From: Tubulanus polymorphus
Lineage: Eukaryota; Animalia; Nemertea
DNA length: 64,000 bases
Direction of reading: 5' to 3'
Assembly (NCBI RefSeq): GCF_964204645.1
Contig: NC_134026.1
Location: 9,447,950-9,511,949 of the forward strand
Shown here piece by piece: positions 47,710-59,011 of this stretch; positions within the stretch are counted from its first letter, which is position 1, and each line of letters begins with the position of its first letter. A program made the translations under genes and the position numbers. The notes beneath the pieces are model-generated. The model made no database searches. It was not told where the DNA came from and saw nothing but the letters and a program-made list of their open reading frames with translations.

Positions 47710-49229
47710 TCTTAATTTCAAAAAAGACCCCGATGAATGACAATCACGTATTTGAAACTGATGCAAGTCTCACTTTGCATTACGACTTCTAGATTCTGGA
47801 TTCTATTCTTCGATCATTGGAAAAATTGTTATAAATTTACGATACAAATAAGGAAACCCAAGCCGAAGATTATTTGAAGATATACGTATTCACCTGCCTA
47901 AAGCGGAAGGCAACAACATCCTGGCAAGCGACCCTTGGAGATAAGTTCTATCAAAACATCTCCCCGGGCAAAACATTGCCCGATATTCAGGAATAATTTC
48001 CGACGGCGGTCTGTGGTAAGGGGCCAACTACTCCGATGACAGTAACGATAAACGATGTTAGGAAATTGTTCCGTATTATTGCAGTGACAAAAGAAGAGAA
48101 TTCACCGCGGAAATAAAGATCTGACTAAAAATCGTGAATTATCCCTTATTATCAATTTATGATATACTGTATGCGTGCGTGCGTGCGTGCGTGCGTGCGC
48201 GTGTGTGTGGAATGAAATGATAAAGAAGGATTCAAACTTTCCCTCTCGGTCGTAAGGTGTCTTTACACATAATACGCGGAGCTATTGAGGCCTGTTTTCT
48301 TTTTGAAATGTATCTTCTCGCCATAATCATATCATGTAACAATTATTCAGTCCCCCACCTGACTCCAGTGGTTGTAATGTAGAAGTGAAGGCCGAGCTCC
48401 ATTAGAAGTCAGATATTTAAAAAAAATAGAATGGCCCAGGCCGAAGACGGAGGAGGGAAGCCGCGTACGAAGGATCTGTTATCCAGTGCCCGAAGTACCC
48501 AGGACCCAGTTCCATAGTTCTGAGTTCAGATTCGACTGGTCGCGGAAATTCGGAATTGCCATTTTTTGAAATCACGGTTCGAAATCAAATGTGGAGTACA
48601 TACTCTCAATATTGGGAGGATGGGAAGATAGTGACGAAGCGTATCAAAACATCATCTCCAACATATTTGCCGGGGCCTACTACGTACTCTTAAAGTGTTC
48701 CATATACAACAGCTAGCTACCAAAATATCCAGCGAGGAAACATATCTAATAACGAATCATGAATTATTTCCCGATTATTGAAAAATATCACGGTTCATCG
48801 GCATGGCTAACAAGAAATTTTAGAAAATGGTTTCACACTCTGACTTTTTTGCTATCCGTGGACACTTCAGCTGTTTATCCCTTTTCAGCGTTCTGTTGCT
48901 TGTATTGATGATGTTAATTTGAATTTTCATTGTGGTTGGTTAATAATCTTTGAAAATCTGGCTAGAGAACTTGGTTAGTTAAACAGTAAAATATTCTCTT
49001 ATCCTTAAGAGAGAAAGTGTAATGATCAATATTCCAAATCCGAGCGACGTAAGGTAAGAAAAATGAAAAACTACGTTTTTGAAAAAACTGAATCAGGTTT
49101 TGGGTGATAAAAAGATCGAATCGACAAGGTCGCCACCTGCTTGAATCGTTTGTCTGCGTAAAAACGTCCAGTCGCTAAAACTGATCATCATTAACTGAAA
49201 TATTCCGCTTATAAATAGCTTGTTCTCAT

Positions 49230-49346
49230 ATTTGCATCGAATTAAACAATGAAAAAACTTGCATTTTGATTGTATTCTAATGACTGAATCATTGTGTTTA
49301 TACGACGATTTTCTAATCAGGTTTTAACCACCGTCGTGATTCAGAG
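49230..49346 (+). promoter_or_regulatory. Putative snRNA promoter: octamer ATTTGCAT (49230-49237, about -158) and PSE-like ccaccgtcgtgattcagag (about -60 to -42); repeated upstream of each intact U4
   Basis: Position and sequence resemble the DSE octamer and PSE of metazoan Pol II snRNA genes; a 3'-box-like tttcaaaaaaga follows the genes. Confidence 0.55.
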
Positions 49347-49387
49347 TGGTATAGTGACATATAAAGCGGCTCCTCGTCATAATAGTC

Positions 49388-49526
49388 AGCTTTGCGCAGT
49401 GGCGGTACCATAGTCAATGAGGTTAATCCGAGGCGTGGTTATTGCTAGTTGAAAACTATACCCAATACCCCGCACTGGCGACCGCAAGGTCGACTGTGCA
49501 ATTTTTCAAAGCCTCTACGGGGGCTG
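49388..49526 (+). ncRNA. RNU4: U4 spliceosomal snRNA
   Basis: AGCTTTGCGCAGTGGC 5' end (U4/U6 stem II); kink-turn stem-loop CAATGAGG..CCGAGGC with compensatory ACCAT/GTGGT pairs; TGCTAGTTGAAAACT stem I; CCCAATACCCCG; Sm-like AATTTTTC; terminal hairpin AGCCTC-TACG-GGGGCT. Confidence 0.96.
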
Positions 49527-49988
49527 TCTTAATTTCAAAAAAGACCCCGATGAATGACAATCACGTATTTGAAACTGATGCAAGTCTCACTTTGCATTAC
49601 GACTTCTAGATTCTGGATTCTATTCTTCGATCATTGGAAAAATTGTTATAAATTTACGATACAAATAAGGAAACCCAAGCCGAAGATTATTTGAAGATAT
49701 ACGTATTCACCTGCCTAAAGCGGAAGGCAACAACATCCTGGCAAGCGACCCTTGGAGATAAGTTCTATCAAAACATCTCCCCGGGCAAAACATTGCCCGA
49801 TATTCAGGAATAATTTCCGACGGCGGTCTGTGGTAAGGGGCCAACTACTCCGATGACAGTAACGATAAACGATGTTAGGAAATTGTTCCATATTATTGCA
49901 GTGACAAAAGAAGAGAATTCACCGCGGAAATAAAGATCTGACTAAAAATCGTGAATTATCCCTTATTATCAATTTATGATATACTGTA

Positions 49989-50049
<61 letters not shown>

Positions 50050-51236
50050 GTGTGTGTGGAATGAAATGATAAAGAAGGATTCAAACTTTCCCTCTCGGTC
50101 GTAAGGTGTCTTTACACATAATACGCGGAGCTATTGAGGCCTGTTTTCTTTTTGAAATGTATCTTCTCGCCATAATCATATCATGTAACAATTATTCAGT
50201 CCCCCACCTGACTCCAGTGGTTGTAATGTAGAAGTGAAGGCCGAGCTCCATTAGAAGTCAGATATTTAAAAAAAATAGAATGGCCCAGGCCGAAGACGGA
50301 GGAGGGAAGCCGCGTACGAAGGATCTGTTATCCAGTGCCCGAAGTACCCAGGACCCAGTTCCATAGTTCTGAGTTCAGATTCGACTGGTCGCGGAAATTC
50401 GGAATTGCCATTTTTTGAAATCACGGTTCGAAATCAAATGTGGAGTACATACTCTCAATATTGGGAGGATGGGAAGATAGTGACGAAGCGTATCAAAACA
50501 TCATCTCCAACATATTTGCCGGGGCCTACTACGTACTCTTAAAGTGTTCCATATACAACAGCTAGCTACCAAAATATCCAGCGAGGAAACATATCTAATA
50601 ACGAATCATGAATTATTTCCCGATTATTGAAAAATATCACGGTTCATCGGCATGGCTAACAAGAAATTTTAGAAAATGGTTTCACACTCTGACTTTTTTG
50701 CTATCCGTGGACACTTCAGCTGTTTATCCCTTTTCAGCGTTCTGTTGCTTGTATTGATGATGTTAATTTGAATTTTCATTGTGGTTGGTTAATAATCTTT
50801 GAAAATCTGGCTAGAGAACTTGGTTAGTTAAACAGTAAAATATTCTCTTATCCTTAAGAGAGAAAGTGTAATGATCAATATTCCAAATCCGAGCGACGTA
50901 AGGTAAGAAAAATGAAAAACTACGTTTTTGAAAAAACTGAATCAGGTTTTGGGTGATAAAAAGATCGAATCGACAAGGTCGCCACCTGCTTGAATCGTTT
51001 GTCTGCGTAAAAACGTCCAGTCGCTAAAACTGATCATCATTAACTGAAATATTCCGCTTATAAATAGCTTGTTCTCATATTTGCATCGAATTAAACAATG
51101 AAAAAACTTGCATTTTGATTGTATTCTAATGACTGAATCATTGTGTTTATACGACGATTTTCTAATCAGGTTTTAACCACCGTCGTGATTCAGAGTGGTA
51201 TAGTGACATATAAAGCGGCTCCTCGTCATAATAGTC

Positions 51237-51375
51237 AGCTTTGCGCAGTGGCGGTACCATAGTCAATGAGGTTAATCCGAGGCGTGGTTATTGCTAGTTG
51301 AAAACTATACCCAATACCCCGCACTGGCGACCGCAAGGTCGACTGTGCAATTTTTCAAAGCCTCCACGGGGGCTG
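51237..51375 (+). ncRNA. RNU4: U4 spliceosomal snRNA
   Basis: Same as 49388-49526; terminal loop CACG. Confidence 0.95.
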
Positions 51376-52788
51376 TCTTAATTTCAAAAAAGACCCCGAT
51401 GAATGACAATCACGTATTTGAAACTGATGCAAGTCTCACTTTGCATTACGACTTCTAGATTCTGGATTCTATTCTTCGATCATTGGAAAAATTGTTATAA
51501 ATTTACGATACAAATAAGGAAACCCAAGCCGAAGATTATTTGAAGATATACGTATTCACCTGCCTAAAACGGAAGGCAACAACATCCTGGCAAGCGACCC
51601 TTGGAGATAAGTTCTATCAAAACGTCTCCAGGCAAAATATTGTCCGATATTCAGGAATAATTTCCGATGGCAGTCTGTCGTAAGGGCCTACTACTCCGAT
51701 GACAGTAACGATAAACGATGTTAGGAAATTGTTCCATATTACTGCAGTGACAAAAGAAGAGAATCCACCGCGGAAATAAAGATCTGGCTAAAAATCATGA
51801 ATTATCCCTTATTATGAATTTATAATATACTGCGTGCGTGCGTGCGTGCGCGTGTGTGTGAGTGTGCGGAATGAAATGAGAAAGAATGATTCAAACTTTC
51901 CCTCTCAGTCGTAAGGTGTATTTACACATAATCCACGGAGCTATTGAGGCCTTTTTCTTTTTGAAATGTATCTTCTCGCCATAATCATATCATGTAACAA
52001 TTATTCAGTCCCCCACCTGACTCCAGTGGATGTAATGTAGAAGTGATGGAGCTCCATTAGAAAATTAAGTCAGATATTTAAAAAAATAGAATGTTCCACG
52101 CCGAAAACGGAGGAGGGAAGCCGCGTACGAAGGATCTGTGATCCAGTGCCCGAAGGATCCAGGACCCAGTTCCATAGTTCTGAGTTCAGATTCGACTGGT
52201 ATCGGAAATTCGGAATTGCCCTTTTTTTCTTAAATCACGGTTCGAAATCAAATGTGTAGTACATACTCTCAATATTGGGAGGATGGGAAGATAGCGACGA
52301 AGCGTATCAAAACAACATCTCCAGCATATTCGCCGGCGTTGCAGAATTGCTGACTTGGTCTAAGAGGTCTACTACGTACTCTTAAAGTGTTCCATATACC
52401 ACAGCTAGCTACCAAAATGATCAATATTCAAAAACTAATATCCGAGTGACGTAAGGTAAGAAAAATGAAAAACTACGTTTTTGAAAAAACTGAATCAGGT
52501 TTTGGGTGATAAAAATATCGAATCTACAAGGTCGCCACCTGCTTGAATCGTTTGTCTACGTAAAAACGTCCTGTCGCTAAAACTGATCACCATTAACTGA
52601 TTATTCCACTTATAAATAGCTTGTTCTCATATTTGCATCGAATTAAACAATGAAAAAACTTGCATTTTGATTGTATTCTAATGACTGAATCATTATGTTT
52701 ATACGACGATTTTCTAATCAGGTTTTAACGACCGTCGTGATTAAGAGTGGTATTGTGACATATATACCGGCTCCTCGTCATAATAGTC

Positions 52789-52927
52789 AGCTTTGCGCAG
52801 TGGCGGTACCATAGTCAATGAGGTTAATCCGAGGCGTGGTTATTGCTAGTTGAAAACTATACCCAATACCCCGCACTGGCGACCGCAAGGTCGACTGTGC
52901 AATTTTTCAAAGCCTCCGCGGGGGCTG
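52789..52927 (+). ncRNA. RNU4: U4 spliceosomal snRNA
   Basis: Same as 49388-49526; terminal loop CGCG. Confidence 0.95.
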
Positions 52928-53472
52928 TCTTAAATTAAAAAAGACCCCGATGAATGACAATCACATATTTGAAACTTATGCAAGTCTCAATTTGCATTAA
53001 GACTTCTAGATTCTGGATGTATTCTTGGATGATTGGAAAAATTGTTATAAATTTACGATACAGTTATGGAAACCCAAGCCGCAGATTATTTGAAGATATA
53101 CGTATTCACCTGCCTAAAGCGGAAGGCAACAACATCCTGGCAAGCGACCCTTGGAGATAAGTTGTATCAAAACGTCTCCAGGCAAAACATTGTCCGATAT
53201 TCAGGAATAATTTCCGACGGCAGTTTGTGGTAAGGGCCTACTACTCCGATGACAGTAACGATAAACGATGTTAGGAAATTGTTCCTACTGCAGTGACAAA
53301 AGAAGAGAATCCACCGCGGAAATAAAGATCTGCGTGCGCGTGTGTGTGGAATGAAATGAGAAAGAATGATTCAAACTTTCCCTCTCGGGTCGTAAGGTGT
53401 CTTTACACATGATACACGGAGCTATTGAGGCCTATTTTCTTTTTGAAATGTATCTTCTCGCCATAATAATAC

Positions 53473-53621
53473 TAAAAGGTGTTAGATCAGATACACAGGT
53501 ACCTGACACAAAAAGTTTTCGACCAGTATCGACCTAGGTACAAGAAAAAGGCTTTACCTAGGATACTGGGGTCAAAAACTTTTTGTGTCAGGTACCTGTG
53601 TATCTGATCTAACACCTTTTA
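53473..53621. mobile_element. Palindromic (fold-back) MITE terminating the U4 array
   Basis: Perfect inverted repeat of about 47 bp, taaaaggtgttagatcagatacacaggtacctgacacaaaaagtttt, with TA ends. Confidence 0.8.
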
Positions 53622-56600
53622 TAAATATTTGCAAAACTATCTTTGAATGAAATCGTTTGGGCCAACTAAAAGATGCGCCGGGCCTTTGTGCACGTTCGGA
53701 ACAAATCCCTGCCGGAGCCCTCCCAATTTCACCGATCATCACATTGCGTATTGCTTCGGTATGTAAATACCCGAGCGTAGGATCCATATTGTTCATCTCG
53801 GAGAGAAGACGCCGCATTTATGATTTCAATCTGTCTAGTATGTGGAATAGCCCAATTAAGTGCCGAAAAATGAAAGTGCAAGCTTAAAGAAAAATCAATA
53901 GAGAACGCAATTATATTTTCCAGGGTCCAAGTTGGAAGAGTGTTTTTAATAGTGCGGGTTTTCAGGTTTTTTTCAAACTGGCCAGTGTCTGAGATTTAGC
54001 TAGCACCGGGTCATACTAATTAGCGTCAACAACTGCCAACAGGCGTCAACATGCCACCTGCGCACTAGCGGCAAAGCCGCCGCAACAACAATGCCGGCGT
54101 TAAATTCACCTTGCTAGTGAGCGCATGGAATTTTTAGACCTTGATGCTGACATCTAACATGTTTGATAATTTTGACGTGGTGTGACAAGTACGCCTGAGT
54201 GCGCGCCTAATTCTGCGTCATTGCTGCAGGAATTAGCGGGATTTAGTTTCAATGCGCATGCGTCGAGATCATATTATCGATTAATTGGCCACGACCTACT
54301 ATTAGTGCCCAGCAGTAGAAGCCCCGTTGTTGTTGCCAATGTGTGGGAAAATTTTTCGGTATCAATGTTGCTGATAAATTGCCCCGGTGTACTTGTTGCA
54401 ATGGCTTTCGGGTCATTTTTGAAGAGTTAGTTATTAGGGCAGCTCAAATGTATATTCCTGTTATTTTGCCGTACACTGTTTCTTATTGCTTTTCCTTTAA
54501 AACGACTTAAGATAGACTTTGGTCCCAAAATCAACTTGTTTAAGCTGAATTCTGATTCGTTGACACCGAATCCAGACCTGTTGATGCTTATTGACGTTTG
54601 TAATTAGTATGACCGGTCTAGCAAAATCTCATGTCCCTCAAAATCTTGGCCATATATAATTTGGGTTGACCAGGTTTGACCTTTGGTGTGCGCGTTAAGC
54701 GTTTTTGAGTCTCGCACCTTAGTGCCCATATGGGGTTCGAATTAGGTAGGCCTAATAAGAATAGTTATTGTCATAATGATGTGTACTGGGATAATACTGT
54801 GTTGATCCACTGCCTTTAATAACTAAACTTCTAGGGGTTAATGCTTAAGGCTCTGTTAGAGCCTGGTGTCATGGCTGTTGCCAGGATTTTCTGCAGGGAG
54901 ATCAATATCAGCATTGACACCCTAAGAAAATTTTGAATTTTTATACCTATCAGTCTGTCTACAATGCATAGTGGAGTATGGATTGGTGATGGACTTGATT
55001 GGTGCAGCACATTACTTTGTATGGGTACCTGTCTTTGTGTGGTATAAGCTTATGATATCACATCTTCCCATGGGTTTTTGGGGTTATCATATATATATAT
55101 GGGATACTATCCCTGGTACCAGGAATACTGGATGATCTAAGCTACAGTTCACCCCAATCTTCAAATATGAGCCCCTGTGATCTCAAAAGATACGACTGAT
55201 GTTTTGTGTAACATTTTTCTTTTATATTTACTTGAACATAAGGTTTACCAAGACGTTTACTATGCCAAAAAGAAAAAAGAGAGGTGGTTTCCAACCAAAA
55301 AATGTAAGTCTTATGAGGAATTTTGCAAAAAACTGGGCAACTCACAGATATTTCATTAGGCCCTGTCATACATAATTCTTGAGAAATGAATGAATTGATT
55401 TTAGCACTTTAAACCAGGAAGGTTACTCCATAATCACCCGGCTAATTTACTTGGGTATTTTCTGTGGTAAAATCAGGGAAACCTCCAGGATGGAGGAAAG
55501 TGGCCACCCTGTATTACTAAGAGTAATAATGGCGACTTTTTCAACCGAAGAAAATTGGGTCGGGCCATTTATTTCGGGCCATTCGATTTGATACTAATGT
55601 TTTAAATCGTATCATGCATAGACTGTGGTCTGGACGCCTTTGAATATAGGCCTTTTAACATCAAGATAGATATCTGAAGATGTAAAGATGCTCAATTTCT
55701 GGTGGTATAAAGTGACATAACTGGAAAGTACCGCTCAAATCGCATCCATGCCTTAGTGTCTGTGGTGCACTGACTAGGCTAATTGGATTGTATCATAGAC
55801 CACTAAAATCTGTCTACACTGTGTTTGGTGGTTTTCATTGACAATTGATGAGAAAAATTTATATTCAATTTTAAACCTAATGAGATTGATTGCGGAATAC
55901 CAAGTAACTCCTTCCTACAAATCTGACAGGTCTGTTTGCCAGTAAAATGGTTTTTTGTCAATGAAGTGTTTGATACGTTCCCCCATTCTGAAGCATTGTT
56001 CTGACTCATTATACAGTGATCATGATCTTAATTTTTCTTCAGAAATCTTGGACACTCAAACGTTCTACCAAATATACACCTGGTAAGTCCATGAGTTTTG
56101 ATTTAATATGTGACTAATTAGAAGTATATTGCCTTTTAAACCGAACAACATTCTAGGAGATAGTGATTTCCTCTTTTTGCCATCACACTGAGTGACCAGG
56201 CGAATGTCGATGGTTGATAACCCCATTATCCTGACAGAATGGACATCCCCTAAAGTGCCCTAAGGAGTGCCCTAAATTCTTGAATCTGGGCAGTTGGATG
56301 CAAGCGCAAGACTGGGAGCGCCAAATGTTGATTAGCATGTACATGACTGGTCCCTTCATATGCTTGATAAGGAATAGGAGGATACAAAATACTTGTCCTG
56401 CCGAACTATTGAATGATTGACCGTTGCGTGAATTCTAAGCGCATTTCTATGATATATTCTGTCTGATGTGTTGTTTGAACTCTTGTGCAGCCCCAATAGC
56501 AGCCCCACCACGAAATTTACAAGCAACGCGTGAAAACAACGGGCTTGTTTTGATTGCCCTGAAAGACACAATCTATTTACCCCTGTAGACCCATTAAACC

Positions 56601-57738
56601 AAATGTTAAGAAAAATATGAAATTGTAAGTTAATTAGATGTTTAGTTGCATCTTCTGATTTTAATTCTTGATAAATGAATTTCAACTTCAATCTTTTAGA
56701 TTCTATATTGTGGGTTTAAAGCATATCTTGATGATAAATTCTGTCTGGTATGTTGTTTGAGCAGCCCCAAAAAGTAGAAAATTGCAAGCCACACATGAAA
56801 ACAATGGACTTACCTCTCTGATGAGAACAATTACATGGCCCCCAATAAACCCAAAAAAAATATTTCAGGCATATGGCAACAATGACTCATAACATCAGTC
56901 GCAGTGGCTAAAGGAACATATTTTTTCTCATTAACCGACATTGTTCTGTGGCCGCCTCAATGTCCAACGGGCATAGGTAAAATCCCGAGATTCCACATGG
57001 TATCTACGGGCCCTAGAGATCACATACCCTATGAAATAAATCGAAAAGTTTTGACATCTGGCTTAAAACCCCACTTTTCTACGGGGGAACTGCGAAACTT
57101 TGGCGGGTCACGGATTGGCGCGGTCTGTGTGCTTGGGTACCAAATGAAAGATACCGGCTGTGGTTTCCTTGAAATCAAGTCAAGTCAAATCTACCAATCA
57201 AATAAATAAGAGGGGCCAATTTTATGATGAAAAGATGGCAATATTATATGAGAGGCAATATTATCAATACAATCATGATAAAAGCTGTCTTCGGACGGGT
57301 TCTTTTTGCTAGTATTTCTGATAATGTGACTTTTGTATTTGAGGTCGAGTGGCCTTCTCTAATTCCACATTGATTTTATAGATGATATTATATCTAGTTA
57401 AAAATGAATCTAGTCTCTTATGATCCATTTTTTCAAGGACTTTGACACAGGCAGCAACGATATCTGCAGGGATGAAAATCTTCCGACCATAGACGCATTT
57501 CCGACCTTTTCTAACATTTTCTTTATTCCTGAGAACAGTGTTAATCACCTCAATCGCTTTAATCACCTCAATCGCGGGCGTCACATCAGAGCGCTCCGTA
57601 GTTAGGAGTGCTCCTTAAGACGGTTTTCGGCAGTTGTTAGCACAACTGTGGAGTCGGAGAAACCAATATGGCGTCTCATTCAAAAAGCGGCTCTAATTCA
57701 GGCCCAAAGTATTAACATTTTGACCAAAATGAAGTAAG

Positions 57739-59011
57739 TTTTTAGCCCACTTGGGACTTTAGTCCCAGCGGGCTATTGCGTTCACTTTTCGTCCATCCGT
57801 CCGTCCGTCCGTCCGTCCGTAGATGGAATCCAGTCATATTGGGAAGTTTTGAAGACCCTTCTAGGTAATGTCTTGATATTTGGGTTACACATGTATCTAC
57901 CCTAGACACATCTTCAGCCCAAAAACTGGCCCTGTCAGATTCAAGATGGCTGACTGGCAGCCATTGTTGTTCGCCAAAATCAGCACTTTTTACATATTTT
58001 TAAAACTTTTTGAGGGAAATTTTGAAGACGCTTTGATCAATTACCTTGATCTTTCGGATATATGTGAATCCCCCCAGGGCCCATCAGCATAACAAAAATT
58101 GAGTCGATCGGACTCAAGATGGCCGTCCTATGACCTTTTTAGTGCCCAAAAATGTTAATTTTGGCCCGAATTCTGAGTCCTGTAGCTTCCTACTGGTTTA
58201 CCATTTCTCATTGCAACTTGTGATGGGTATTCTTTGGAAAGGGATGTTTATACCTGAAACAGGTATTTTTCATCAGCCAATTATGATGCAATTGGCGGCC
58301 ATCTTGGTGTCACCAGTACTCGTTCGTAATTGGGAAAAAGTTTTTCCACATTATATTGATACCTAAGCGTATTTTGTTACCACAATCAGTTAGAAAGTTG
58401 TAGCTCATAACGTGTTCTATGATTGTGGTGAGTTTCAAGGTCCTTGGATTTCGTATATGGCCACCAGGGGGCGTTGAATAAAGCAATATCTTAGCATTTC
58501 TATATTATATTCGTACCTATGCATATTTTGTAACCACAATCAATTGGAAAGTTGTAGCTCATGACATCATCTATGATTGTTGTGAGTTTTAAGGACATTA
58601 GTTATTCTATATGGTCACCAGGGGGCGTTGAATAGTAGAGTAACTTAATATTTCCTTATTATATTGGTACCTAGGCATATTTTGTTACCATGATCAATTG
58701 CAAAGTTGTAGTTCATGACATGTTCTATGATTGTGGTAAGTTTCAAGGTCATTGGGTTTTGAATATGGTCACCAGGGGGCGTTAAATAGTAGAATAACTT
58801 AGTATTTCCATATTAAATTGGAAACGAGGCATATTTTGTTATCACAATCAATTACAAAATCGTAGCTGCTGACATGTTCTATGATTGTGGTGAGTTTCAA
58901 GTTCATTGGTTTTTGTATATGGTCACCAGGGGGCGTTGAATATTGAAATTGTTAGATTGTTGAGCATTTGGAACCACTTCCCAAGTGGGCATGGTGTTCC
59001 TGGACCCCTAG
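57739..59011 (+). mobile_element. DINE-1/HINE-like element copy 3 (longest)
   Basis: Sub-TIR gcccacttggga / tcccaagtgggc, (GTCC)n tract, four 154-bp tandem units, 3' stem-loop, flanking T runs. Confidence 0.85.

Larger units (their letters stand above)
47592..53472 (+). repeat. Tandem U4 snRNA gene array: units spaced 1817, 1849 and 1552 bp plus a truncated fourth unit
   Basis: Units 1 and 2 are nearly identical (32-bp difference in (GCGT)n); unit 3 has an internal deletion; unit 4 stops at a palindromic MITE. Confidence 0.95.

Noticed and set aside
58440-58960. Regularly spaced ggtcaccagggggcgttgaat repeats as a CRISPR-like array
   Set aside because: The intervening sequences are homologous to each other (154-bp tandem units) and the context is a eukaryotic transposon.
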